Made by a program: the position numbers and the translations under genes. Below the pieces are notes generated by a model that saw only the letters and a program-made list of their open reading frames with translations, ran no database searches and was not told the origin of the DNA. A stretch of DNA of 64,000 bases, from the NCBI GenBank assembly GCA_035538515.1, contig DATLKF010000007.1, forward strand, positions 131,438 through 195,437. The letters run 5' to 3'. Shown here one piece after another: positions 28,637-36,564 of the stretch; position 1 is the stretch's first letter, and each line of letters begins with the position of its first letter. The DNA comes from Gemmatimonadales bacterium. GTDB lineage: Bacteria; Gemmatimonadota; Gemmatimonadetes; Gemmatimonadales; GWC2-71-9.

Positions 28637-30066
28637 TGGCCGGTAGCTGGGAAACGGTCGTCGGGCTCGAGACGCATGTGCAGCTGCGCACGGTGTCGAA
28701 GATGTTCTGCGGCTGCTCGACCACGTTTGGCGATCCGCCCAACACGAACGTCTGCCCGGTGTGTCTCGGACTCCCCGGCGCGCTGCCGATGCCGAACGAG
28801 CTGGCGCTGAAGCTGGCGGTTCGGGCCGCGCTCGCGCTCGGCTGCACCGTGCACCCGCGCAGCGTCTTCGCTCGCAAGAACTACTTCTACCCAGACCTGC
28901 CCAAGGGCTACCAGATCTCGCAATTCGAGCAGCCGCTCGCGACCGATGGCTCGCTGACCTACCTGTCGCCGGATCGCGGGATTGCCACCGCCACGATCCA
29001 GCGCTTGCACGTGGAAGAAGACGCGGGGAAGTCGTTGCACGACCGCTTTCCCAAGCAGACAGCGATCGACCTGAATCGCTGCGGCGCGCCGCTCATCGAG
29101 ATCGTGACGGGACCCGATTTCCGCTCGCCCCAGGAGGCGCGGGCCTATCTACAGACCCTCAAGCAGGTGCTCGAGTACGCGGGCATCTCCGACTGCGACA
29201 TGGAAAAGGGGAGCCTGCGGGTGGACGCGAACGTCTCCGTGCGCCACGCCGGCGAGACCATCCTTGGCACGAAGACCGAGGTGAAGAACATCAACTCCTT
29301 CGGCTACGTCGAGAAGGCCCTCACCGTGGAGCGGGATCGCCAGATCGCCGGCCTCACGGGTGGAGGCAGCATCGAGCAGCAGACCATGCTGTACGATTCG
29401 AAGACGAACAGCGTCCGGCCGCAGCGCAGTAAAGAAGAGAGCCACGACTACCGGTACTTCCCGGATCCCGATCTGCCGCCGCTCGTGCTGACCGAGGAGT
29501 TCATCGCGGAGCAGCAGACGCTTTTACCCGAGCTGCCCGCCAAGAAACGCGACCGCTTCGTCGCGCAGTACGCGCTGAGCGTCACCGATGCCGCGGTGCT
29601 CACGGCCGATCGCGCCGTGGCGGACTACTACGAGGCCGTGGTGCGGGCCGGCGCGGAGGCGAAGACCGCGGCGAACTGGGTGATGACCGAGGTGCTCGCC
29701 GATTCCAAGGACCACGGGGCTGCATTGCGCGTGCCGCCGGGCGCGCTCGCGAACGTGATCGGTCTGGTGCGAGGGGGGACCCTCAGCCACCAAGCAGCCA
29801 AACGGGTGTTCAGCGAGGTAGCGGAGCATGGTGGGGAGCCACGGAACGTCGCGGAGGCGCTGGGCCTGGTGCAAGTGGCGGACACGGGCGTGCTGGCGGG
29901 CTGGGTGAGCGAAGTCCTAGCAGCGCACCCGGCGGAAGTCGCGCGCTACAAGAAGGGTGAGACCAAGCTCCAACCGTTCTTCGTTGGGCAGGTGATGAAA
30001 GTGTCGCGCGGCAAGGCAGACCCCAAGCTCGTGCAGCGCGTGCTGGAGGAGAAGCTCGCGCCTTAG
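28636..30066 (+). CDS. gatB: Asp/Glu-tRNA(Asn/Gln) amidotransferase subunit B
   Basis: WETVVGLETHVQL...KMFCGC and the C-terminal YqeY-like domain. TAATG junction with gatA. Confidence 0.95.
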   Translation: MAGSWETVVGLETHVQLRTVSKMFCGCSTTFGDPPNTNVCPVCLGLPGALPMPNELALKLAVRAALALGCTVHPRSVFARKNYFYPDLPKGYQISQFEQPLATDGSLTYLSPDRGIATATIQRLHVEEDAGKSLHDRFPKQTAIDLNRCGAPLIEIVTGPDFRSPQEARAYLQTLKQVLEYAGISDCDMEKGSLRVDANVSVRHAGETILGTKTEVKNINSFGYVEKALTVERDRQIAGLTGGGSIEQQTMLYDSKTNSVRPQRSKEESHDYRYFPDPDLPPLVLTEEFIAEQQTLLPELPAKKRDRFVAQYALSVTDAAVLTADRAVADYYEAVVRAGAEAKTAANWVMTEVLADSKDHGAALRVPPGALANVIGLVRGGTLSHQAAKRVFSEVAEHGGEPRNVAEALGLVQVADTGVLAGWVSEVLAAHPAEVARYKKGETKLQPFFVGQVMKVSRGKADPKLVQRVLEEKLAP

Positions 30067-30096
30067 GCCACCTCGCGTTCGCCTGCAACTCCAATG

Positions 30097-30130
30097 GCCA
30101 CGCTCACTTGCGTGGCATTTCCTTTTCGTG
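30097..30130 (+). terminator. putative intrinsic terminator after gatB
   Basis: GCCACGC-TCACTT-GCGTGGC (7-bp stem) followed by ATTTCCTTTTCGTG, 31 nt after the gatB stop. Confidence 0.6.
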
Positions 30131-30177
30131 AACACGACTTTCGTTATTTTGGGGCCCGGTCCCTGCGGAGGATCGAC

Positions 30178-31071
30178 ATGAGGCGAATGCTCGCTAACGC
30201 CGGACTGGCGCTGCTCGTGGCGGCCCACCCGGCGATCGCTCAACAGGGGGGGGTGGGGGGGTCGGGAGGGCTGGGGGGGCGGGGGGGGCTGACGATCGAT
30301 TGGGCGCGCACGTCGGTCAACGGCGCCGCTGCCGCTCGGGGCGAGGGTCCGGACGGGGCGACCGCCCTCAAGATCCAGGGTCGCGCGACCGGCACGTTGT
30401 TGCACCTCGTCACGATCCCGCGCCCGCCGGTCACTGTACCACGCTACGTCGTTACGGGCGAGGTGCGGTACCAGGGCGTTGAGGGGCAAGCGTACTTCGA
30501 GATGTGGAGCGCGTTCCCCGACGGCGAGCGCTACTTCAGTCGCACGCTGGACGCGGGTGGCATGCTCGCGGCGCTCCATGGCGACTCGAAGTGGCGGCGG
30601 TTCGCTCTTCCTTTCGTCTACAACGCCACAGCCGGCACGGCCCCGCTTCCCAGTCGGCTCGAGATCAACTTCGTGCTGCCCGGACGCGGGACCGTATGGA
30701 TCGGCCCCATGCGTCTCCAGCGGTTCGGGTTGCCACCTGTTGCGACGACCGGCGGCTGGTGGAACGAGCGTGTTGGCAGCCTGGCAGGGGTGCTCGGCAG
30801 CGTGTTGGGTCTCGTCGGCGGGTTGGTCGGCGTTCTCGCGGGCCTGGGGAAGGCGCGCCGGCTGGCCCTCTCGCTCGTCGTCGGGATGGTGCTGGTCGGG
30901 GTCGGGTTGGCGGCGCTGGGCGCCGTGGCAACCTTGAGTTCGCAGCCGCGATACGTCTGGTATCCACTGCTCCTTGTGGGAGGTGTGTCGGCGCTCGTGG
31001 GGCTCGTGGTGCTACCCGTGGTTCGGCGCCGCTACGCGGAGCTCACGCGGGCCCAGCCGATCGGCGGCTAG
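30178..31071 (+). CDS. hypothetical secreted/membrane-anchored protein with Gly-rich N-terminal tract
   Basis: ATG 30178 follows GGAGG. Signal peptide LALLVAAHPAIAQ, then GGVGGSGGLGGRGG encoded by G-runs, with C-terminal TM helices. Confidence 0.5.
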   Translation: MRRMLANAGLALLVAAHPAIAQQGGVGGSGGLGGRGGLTIDWARTSVNGAAAARGEGPDGATALKIQGRATGTLLHLVTIPRPPVTVPRYVVTGEVRYQGVEGQAYFEMWSAFPDGERYFSRTLDAGGMLAALHGDSKWRRFALPFVYNATAGTAPLPSRLEINFVLPGRGTVWIGPMRLQRFGLPPVATTGGWWNERVGSLAGVLGSVLGLVGGLVGVLAGLGKARRLALSLVVGMVLVGVGLAALGAVATLSSQPRYVWYPLLLVGGVSALVGLVVLPVVRRRYAELTRAQPIGG

Positions 31072-31082
31072 CTGCCCCCTGG

Positions 31083-32054
31083 CTATCGGTCGCGCCAGGG
31101 GCGCTGCGCCTGCGATTGTCGCCAGTAGGCGAGCGAAGGCGCCGGCAGCCCGAAGTGCTGCTCCGCGGCCTCGAGCATGCGGCCCGGATCGTCGCGGCCT
31201 CCTTCGTGGAGCGCCTCGCGCCGCATCCGCTTCGCGAGCTTCAACGCCTGATCGCCCGCCGGGTCGAGGCGGCGCGCCGCGGCGTCTTTCTCGGCGAGCA
31301 TCTCCATCACGTACTCGAACGCCACGGCCATGTGGCGCTCGACATCTTCGTCGGGCAGATCCCAGCGCGTGTTCTCGAGCAGCATCTGGAACGCCCAGCG
31401 CCAGCTCTCGCTCTCGGTGAGATGCACCATTCCGCGGAAGAGGCGACGGCTGGTTCCCACGCTGAACAGCGTGGGGGAGATGATCGTGTCGAGGTGCGTG
31501 TCGCTCGCGACATGATCCTGGAGAATCAGCTCCTTGGCCGTGCCGGCGTACGCGGGGCCGAGATGGGTCTCGAACCGGCTCTCCCAATAGCTGTGCCCCA
31601 GCGCCGCGGTACCCGAGGTGAGGACGAGCTGGCGCGGCACGAAGAAGTTGTGGGCGACCGCGTCGGCCGCCAGGTGCGAGAGGTAGCCCAACCCGAACGC
31701 GCGCAGCGGATCGGTGTGCGCCAGGTCGAAGATCTCCTGGCCCACATGCCAGGCGTGGCAGTGCCGCCCCACCGGGGCGTACTTCTTGGCCATCGACGTA
31801 TCTGCCGCGATGTTGCCGTACAGGAAGTCGTAGGGAAAGGCCCGCAGCAAATCGGCGACGGCGCCGGTGAGCTGGTGCAGGTTGGCGAGCACCGACTCGC
31901 CGAGGTAGACATGGGTCCCCGGCGTCCAGGCGTGCGCGATACTGGGGAACAACGCCACCCCGGCGAGCCCCACTGCCGTGGCCGCGAGGAACCGCTTGGC
32001 GCGCCCTGCCCCGGTCAGTGCTTCTTCCCTCGCTTGAGCGTCCGGCGCCCCCAT
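31083..32054 (-). CDS. zinc-dependent phospholipase C-like protein (secreted)
   Basis: Signal peptide ending AHA, followed by W-TPGTH. The mature N-terminal Trp plus His is the hallmark of Zn-dependent PLC. Further His/Asp ligand candidates: HCHAWH, HLAAD. Start uncertain: ATG 32054 overlaps the upstream gene by 40 nt; the alternative is CTG at the upstream stop. Confidence 0.58.
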   Translation of the reverse strand: MGAPDAQAREEALTGAGRAKRFLAATAVGLAGVALFPSIAHAWTPGTHVYLGESVLANLHQLTGAVADLLRAFPYDFLYGNIAADTSMAKKYAPVGRHCHAWHVGQEIFDLAHTDPLRAFGLGYLSHLAADAVAHNFFVPRQLVLTSGTAALGHSYWESRFETHLGPAYAGTAKELILQDHVASDTHLDTIISPTLFSVGTSRRLFRGMVHLTESESWRWAFQMLLENTRWDLPDEDVERHMAVAFEYVMEMLAEKDAAARRLDPAGDQALKLAKRMRREALHEGGRDDPGRMLEAAEQHFGLPAPSLAYWRQSQAQRPWRDR

Positions 32055-32437
32055 TCGAGCAGGGAGAGGCCGCGGCGCACGGTGCGGAGTGTGGTGGCGA
32101 CGTCGAGCACGGTCGTCTCGACTTCCTGCTGCACCACCTCGAGCAGGGCATCCAGGTCCCCGAGCCGCGCCTCGGCCGCGTCCGCGGCCCTGACGATCCG
32201 CTCGCGCAGCTCGCGCGACGTTCCGACGAGACTCTCCGCTTCGGTGCGGATCGCTCCCACGAGCTGTCGCACGTCGCCCACCGCCGGCCCGGCGAGATCT
32301 TGCAGCACGCGCAGGAACGCCCGCAACCCGAGGGCGCCCACGACCGTTGCGAGCGCGATCACGATGGCCGACAGCGCGAGAATCGCGAGCGAAATCCCGG
32401 CCACCACCGCCACCCACGTAGGAATCATCGCGGCCAC
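32015..32437 (-). CDS. DUF948-like membrane-anchored coiled-coil protein
   Basis: 140 aa: an N-terminal TM helix, then a long helical region, with a KRGKKH tail. Confidence 0.55.
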   Translation of the reverse strand: MAAMIPTWVAVVAGISLAILALSAIVIALATVVGALGLRAFLRVLQDLAGPAVGDVRQLVGAIRTEAESLVGTSRELRERIVRAADAAEARLGDLDALLEVVQQEVETTVLDVATTLRTVRRGLSLLEWGRRTLKRGKKH

Positions 32438-33762
32438 TCCGCCGGCGCGTTGGCACTAAGCTCGGCCGCCGCCGTGGATCCTGTCAACGGCGCGGCGGGT
32501 GCGACCGCCGCCGGTCGCGCCACGCGGCCGCTTAGGGCGCGAGTCATGAGCGGGGTCGCGGCGAGTAGCGCCGCGGCGACTCCCAAGACGATGGTCGTCA
32601 ACGTAGGATCGCCGGCCGCCGGCCCCTGGAGGCCATACGTGAAGACGAAGCTCAGACCCAGGGCGATCGCCACGCCGCCGGGCGCGACCGTCCCGAGCCC
32701 GAAGTCTGGCGGCACGTCCGTCCGGTGCAGCGCCACCCGCGAGTAGCGCACGCTCGCCCATTGAGACGCGGCGCGTAGGACGACGAGTAACGCCGCAGCC
32801 ACGAGCAGCCAGGGTGTCGGCAGGACGAGCAGCGCACCGGTGACAACGAGCAGAATCCCATAGACGAGAGGCTGCCACTCGGCGAGCAACTGGCGGACCG
32901 CGTGTCGATGGGGCGAGCGGTTCACCACCACCGCGGCCGCCAGCGCGCACACCACGAAGGGTGACAGCCCGACCGCGTAGCCGAAGCCGGCCGCGAACGC
33001 GAGCGTCCCCACCAGCAAGCACCCGAGACCGGCGCGCGTCGGCAGCCCGCGCGTGAGCGCGATGAACACGGCGCCGGCGAGTGCGCCGCCGGCGGCCGCC
33101 AGCAGGATCCACGAGAGCCAGCCGAGCGGGCCGCGTCCGGCGAGCGGGTGAGATCGATGCAGGGCGAGCGGTACGCTGATCGCCACCGTAGCGAACGCGG
33201 CCTCGAGCGTCGCGGCGAGTGACAGCGCGCGGGCCGTACGGCGAGGCACGCCGGTGGTTCGCGCGACGCGCGCGACCGCGTCAGGACTCGCCACCGCGCC
33301 GACCGCGGCGAGGGTGAGAATCGCGGCGAGCCGGGGCGTCCACGCGCCCGCGAGCGCGGGTACGGCTCGCGTGAGGAGCCACGCGGCGACCGCCACCACG
33401 ATGAACGCTCCGGCCGCCGCGATCATCGCCAAGAGCCAGGCGGCGCGCGGGATGCGGCGCAGGTAGCGCCGCTCGAACCGAGCGCCCAACGCGGCTCCGA
33501 TCCAGCCGACGGCGAGGGTGGTGACGGGAGCGAATGCGACGAGCACCGGCCGAGTGAGGAGGTCGATGCCCGGGCCGAGCACGAGGCCGGAGAGCACCAG
33601 CGCGGCACCGCCGGCGAGCACGGGGTCGAGGCTGGCGACGTAATGCTGCGGCGGGCGCGGCAGCCGCATCGCGAGCAGGCCGATGGTGACGAGTCCCGCG
33701 AACGCGACCAGCGGACTCACGTTCACGTGGCGAACGTTCGCGAACGCTTGACGTCGGCGCAA
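32425..33762 (-). CDS. polytopic membrane protein, cation:proton antiporter-like
   Basis: 445 aa with about 11-12 hydrophobic helices. LSGLVLGPGIDLL resembles the first-helix motif of CPA-family exchangers. The functional call is tentative. Confidence 0.5.
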   Translation of the reverse strand: MRRRQAFANVRHVNVSPLVAFAGLVTIGLLAMRLPRPPQHYVASLDPVLAGGAALVLSGLVLGPGIDLLTRPVLVAFAPVTTLAVGWIGAALGARFERRYLRRIPRAAWLLAMIAAAGAFIVVAVAAWLLTRAVPALAGAWTPRLAAILTLAAVGAVASPDAVARVARTTGVPRRTARALSLAATLEAAFATVAISVPLALHRSHPLAGRGPLGWLSWILLAAAGGALAGAVFIALTRGLPTRAGLGCLLVGTLAFAAGFGYAVGLSPFVVCALAAAVVVNRSPHRHAVRQLLAEWQPLVYGILLVVTGALLVLPTPWLLVAAALLVVLRAASQWASVRYSRVALHRTDVPPDFGLGTVAPGGVAIALGLSFVFTYGLQGPAAGDPTLTTIVLGVAAALLAATPLMTRALSGRVARPAAVAPAAPLTGSTAAAELSANAPAEWPR

Positions 33763-33786
33763 GGCGCGTCATAGCTTGCCACACCC

Positions 33787-35103
33787 ATGCCTCCGTCCTT
33801 CGCCGTCACGGGCGGCCGCCAGTTGAAAGGCACCATCCGACCGGCCGGCAACAAGAACGCAGCGCTTCCGATCCTCGCGGCCACGCTGCTCGCCGACGGG
33901 CCTTGCCGGATCGACAACGTGCCTCATATCAGAGATGTCGAGACGATGCTGGCGCTGCTCGCCCATCTCGGCGCCACCGTCGAATGGACGGGACCCAACA
34001 GCGTGACCGTGGACACCCGGCGCGCCGAGCCGCGCGAGCTCGACCCGGCGCTGTGCGCGCGCATCCGCGCCTCGATCCTGCTCGCGGGTCCGATGCTCGC
34101 CCGCTTCGGACGCGTCACCCTCCCGCCGCCGGGCGGAGACGTGATCGGCCGGCGCCGCGTCGACACCCATTTCCTGGCGCTCGAGCGGCTCGGCGCGGAC
34201 GTCACCGTGGGCGCCGCCTACAAGCTCGAGGCCAAGGGGTTGGTGGGGACCGACATCTTCCTCGACGAGCCGAGCGTGACCGCGACGGAGAACGCCCTGA
34301 TGGCCGCGGCCCTGGCTCGCGGCACCACGACGCTGCGGAACGCCGCTGGCGAGCCACACGTCCAGGACCTGGCGCGGTTCCTCGGTGAGATGGGTGTCCC
34401 CCTCCAGGGCGCCGGGACCAATACCATCACGGTCACGGGGGGCGGCTCCCCCCTGCTGCGCGCCGCCGCCTGCACGGTAGGGCCGGACCACATCGAGGTC
34501 GGCTCGTTCATCGGGCTCGCCGCCGTCACCAATGGAGCGGTCACCATCGACGGCGTGCGAGCCGAGGACCTGCGGGCCATTCTCCTGGGGTTCGAGCGGT
34601 TGGGTGTACGTCCCCGACTCGATGGCGCACGCCTCATCGTCGACGCGGGTCAGGAGCGCCGCGTGCGGCCGGATCTGGGCGGGCATGTGCCCAAGCTCGA
34701 AGACGGCCCCTGGCCCGCGTTCCCCGCCGATTTGATGTCCATCGCGATCGTCGCCGCCTCGCAATGCGATGGGCTCCTGCTCGTGTTCGAGAAACTGTTC
34801 GAGTCGCGGCTGTTCTTCGTGGACAAGCTGATCGGGATGGGGGCGCGCATCGTGCTGTGCGACCCCCATCGCGCGGTCATCGCGGGACCATCGGCGCTGC
34901 GTGGCGGAGTCGTGGAGAGTCCCGACATCCGGGCGGGGATGGCGATGCTCCTTGCCGCCCTCGCGGCGCATGGTGATTCAGTAATCCACAACATCGGACA
35001 GATCGAGCGAGGCTACGAGCGGATCGACGAGCGGTTACGAGCACTCGGAGCGCAGATCGAGCGCCTCGAAGGACAGCCCGACACGCGGACGGTCGCACGG
35101 TGA
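33787..35103 (+). CDS. murA: UDP-N-acetylglucosamine 1-carboxyvinyltransferase
   Basis: GGRQLKGTIRPAGNKNAALPILAA, the length and C-terminal ERGYE..IDERL match MurA. Confidence 0.95.
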   Translation: MPPSFAVTGGRQLKGTIRPAGNKNAALPILAATLLADGPCRIDNVPHIRDVETMLALLAHLGATVEWTGPNSVTVDTRRAEPRELDPALCARIRASILLAGPMLARFGRVTLPPPGGDVIGRRRVDTHFLALERLGADVTVGAAYKLEAKGLVGTDIFLDEPSVTATENALMAAALARGTTTLRNAAGEPHVQDLARFLGEMGVPLQGAGTNTITVTGGGSPLLRAAACTVGPDHIEVGSFIGLAAVTNGAVTIDGVRAEDLRAILLGFERLGVRPRLDGARLIVDAGQERRVRPDLGGHVPKLEDGPWPAFPADLMSIAIVAASQCDGLLLVFEKLFESRLFFVDKLIGMGARIVLCDPHRAVIAGPSALRGGVVESPDIRAGMAMLLAALAAHGDSVIHNIGQIERGYERIDERLRALGAQIERLEGQPDTRTVAR

Positions 35104-35885
35104 TGGCCGGTCCCACGATCCGACTGTCCGACCGTCCGACTTTGCGCGAGCAGCCGGTGGGCGACTCCGCCGTCCCACGAATGGAGCTGCGCGAGTGGGC
35201 CGACCGTTATGGCATCGTCGCCGGGATCACCACACGGGGACGAGGCTTTTCGCTCGGCCTCTGGAGCGATGAGAACGTCGGCCAGGTGATGTCACGCTGG
35301 CGCGCCGTGGCCGCCGCCGTCCGCACCCGCTTTCCGGGCATCATTCTCGCACACCAGGTCCACGGCACCGCGGTGCAATGGCACGCGGCGGGCGCGGCAG
35401 GCTGGCTCATTCTGGACGGCCTGGACGGACACGCCACCGGCGTCCCGGGTCTGCTCCTCTCTGTCACGGTCGCGGATTGTATCCCGGTGTACCTAGCGGT
35501 GCCCCAGAAGCGGGTGGTGGCGCTGCTGCACGCCGGGTGGCGGGGGACCGTGGCGCGGGTGCTGGAACGCGGGGTGGAGGTCTTGAAGCGCCACGCATTC
35601 GTACGAGCGGGCGATATCGTAATGCACTGTGGAGTCGGCATTTGCGGGGCGTGCTATGTAGTAGGTTCTGAAGTCCTGACGCAGTTCAGCGGCCGTCCGG
35701 AGTCGGACTCCGGGCAGCTCGATCTGCGGGCCGTCCTGGCCCGGCAGGGCCAGGAACTGGGCCTCGGCGAGATCACGCTCTCGCCGTGGTGCAGCGCGCA
35801 CGACCGGGATCAGTTCTTCTCGCACCGCGCCTCCGGCGGCCGCGACGGTCGGATGATCGCGTACGCGGGACTGCCGCTCGCTTGA
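35100..35885 (+). CDS. pgeF: peptidoglycan editing factor PgeF (YfiH/DUF152, laccase-domain protein)
   Basis: HQVHGT, TVADCIPV, LLHAGWRGT and CGACY..G motifs. GTGATG junction with the murA stop. Confidence 0.85.
   Translation: MMAGPTIRLSDRPTLREQPVGDSAVPRMELREWADRYGIVAGITTRGRGFSLGLWSDENVGQVMSRWRAVAAAVRTRFPGIILAHQVHGTAVQWHAAGAAGWLILDGLDGHATGVPGLLLSVTVADCIPVYLAVPQKRVVALLHAGWRGTVARVLERGVEVLKRHAFVRAGDIVMHCGVGICGACYVVGSEVLTQFSGRPESDSGQLDLRAVLARQGQELGLGEITLSPWCSAHDRDQFFSHRASGGRDGRMIAYAGLPLA
35120..35140. repeat. Octamer repeat copy (CCGACNGT x about 2.5) inside the pgeF 5' coding region
   Basis: CCGACTGT CCGACCGT CCGAC encodes IRLSDRPT. It partly pairs with GCGGACGGTCG at 35085-35095 in the murA 3' end. 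Confidence 0.7.
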
Positions 35886-35909
35886 CAGTCGCCTCCGGGC
35901 GGCTACATT
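35882..35909 (+). promoter_or_regulatory. putative sigma70-type promoter upstream of rimP-nusA-infB
   Basis: TTGACA (35882-35887), 16-nt spacer, TACATT (35904-35909). The -35 element overlaps the pgeF stop codon. Confidence 0.45.
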
Positions 35910-35920
35910 CCGAGGGTGAA

Positions 35921-35950
35921 GCGGGCGAAGTTCGGCCCGCGCTTTTTTTT
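35921..35950 (+). terminator. intrinsic terminator/attenuator hairpin with U8 tract
   Basis: GCGGGC-GAAGTTCG-GCCCGC, then GC and T8 (35943-35950). It ends 1 nt before the rimP ATG. Confidence 0.72.
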
Positions 35951-35951
35951 G

Positions 35952-36416
35952 ATGCTCTCCGAAAGCCTCGTCGAGTCGTTTCGGACCCACCTGGCGGAAC
36001 TGGGTCTGGAGCTGGCCGACCTCAAGATCGGCGGCACGCAAGCTCGGCCGCTCGTCCAGGTGCGCATCGAGTGGCCTCAGCCAGCGGACAGCCCGCCACG
36101 CCAGGTGAGCGTGGAGGATTGCGCCGCGGCGAGCCGCGCCTTGGAGGCGTGGCTGGACGAGAGCGGACCGCTGGGTCGTCGCTACGTCCTCGAGGTTTCG
36201 AGTCCAGGGCTCGAGCGGCCGCTGCGCTGGCACCGGCACTGGGTGCGCTTCGTGGGCCGCGACGTGCAGGCGACGGTCGCGGGGCTCGGACGGGTGCGAG
36301 CCTGCATCGTAGCCGTCCCCGACGACGCGACGGTGGTACTGCAGCCGCAGGGCGCGGAGGCGCGGCCGGTGCCGCTCGCGGGGATTCGTGATGCCCGACT
36401 TGCGGTGGATTGGTGA
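35952..36416 (+). CDS. rimP: ribosome maturation factor RimP
   Basis: YVLEVSSPGLERPL motif and position upstream of nusA. ATG 35952 is preferred over GTG 35916, which would place the terminator hairpin inside the CDS. Confidence 0.82.
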   Translation: MLSESLVESFRTHLAELGLELADLKIGGTQARPLVQVRIEWPQPADSPPRQVSVEDCAAASRALEAWLDESGPLGRRYVLEVSSPGLERPLRWHRHWVRFVGRDVQATVAGLGRVRACIVAVPDDATVVLQPQGAEARPVPLAGIRDARLAVDW

Positions 36417-36421
36417 GGGGT

Positions 36422-36564
36422 TGTCAGTCATCCGTTATCAGTCATCAGTCATGATCGGACCGGGGTACGGTGACGACCAACAGATAACGGATGACGGATA
36501 ACTGATAACTGACGACTGATGACTGATGACTGATGACTGATGACTGATAACGGATGACTGATAG
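36422..36564. repeat. Heptamer-unit palindrome filling the rimP-nusA spacer (right arm = 12 tandem heptamers CNGAYRA)
   Basis: The left arm 36422-36454 (TGTCAGTCATCCGTTATCAGTCATCAGTCATGA) is the reverse complement of part of the right arm. The right arm (36481-36564) is 84 nt, exactly 12 x 7, and ends on TAG immediately before the nusA ATG. Confidence 0.92.

Noticed and set aside
36481-36564. Possible CRISPR array, from regularly spaced short repeats.
   Set aside because: The units are 7 nt and directly contiguous, with no spacers. There is no leader and no cas genes. This is a tandem microsatellite-like array that forms one arm of a palindrome.
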